From the NCBI RefSeq assembly GCF_004010195.1, contig NC_057718.1, forward strand, positions 59,886,137-59,950,136: a stretch of 64,000 nt of DNA, given 5' to 3'. The position numbers were made by a program, and so were the translations under genes. Below, in pieces: positions 63,751 through 64,000 of the stretch. The stretch is from Chiloscyllium plagiosum. Taxonomy: Eukaryota. The first letter of the stretch is position 1. Every line of letters starts with the position of its first letter. A model generated the notes under the pieces. The model worked only from the letters and a program-made list of their open reading frames with translations, made no database searches and had not been told where the DNA came from.

Positions 63751-64000
63751 CATGTTGTGAGCTCGATTCCAAGTTTGTGCTGGATTAGCTGAGTACTTCC
63801 AAAACAGAGCAGGAGATTCTTCCGTCCTATTGATTCACTGCTTAACAATCACTTTCTGGATTTCATTATAGAGAATAACCAATAGGCAAGGCACCATATG
63901 ATTCTGTGTATACCAACAAAAATCACCTATTTCAGAGTGGAGAAACTTGGGCTTTATTGCCCAATGTAATAACGTGAAACTCAAGTTATCGCTTTCCATT

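Overview
Repeat-dense, AT-rich vertebrate DNA with no confidently identifiable host protein-coding gene. HE1-type V-SINEs and CR1 (HER1-like) LINEs point to an elasmobranch (shark or ray); this is an inference. Most of the window is transposable-element debris. It includes many CR1 fragments (one near full length with an SGNH-esterase ORF1, 57058-60815), a second CR1/Jockey-group LINE family, and Rex1/Babar, L2 and probable RTE relics. It also holds several SINE families, several Penelope-like families carrying minimal hammerhead ribozymes, Harbinger transposase and Myb relics, and a Tigger-like MITE. A ~8 kb decayed retrovirus-like element (22675-30990) reads LTR, gag with a CCHC knuckle, spuma-like RT, a Ty3-like tether, a second RNase H, integrase and a possible F-like env. 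The most interesting signals are that retrovirus-like element, a tRNA-iMet-derived insert set between three copies of a 15-bp target sequence (39324-39795), 84-207 bp TSD-flanked Penelope-tail insertions around the hammerhead motif, and a near-perfect 33-bp-arm hairpin at 900-971. All family assignments come from recognising motifs by eye, not from database searches.
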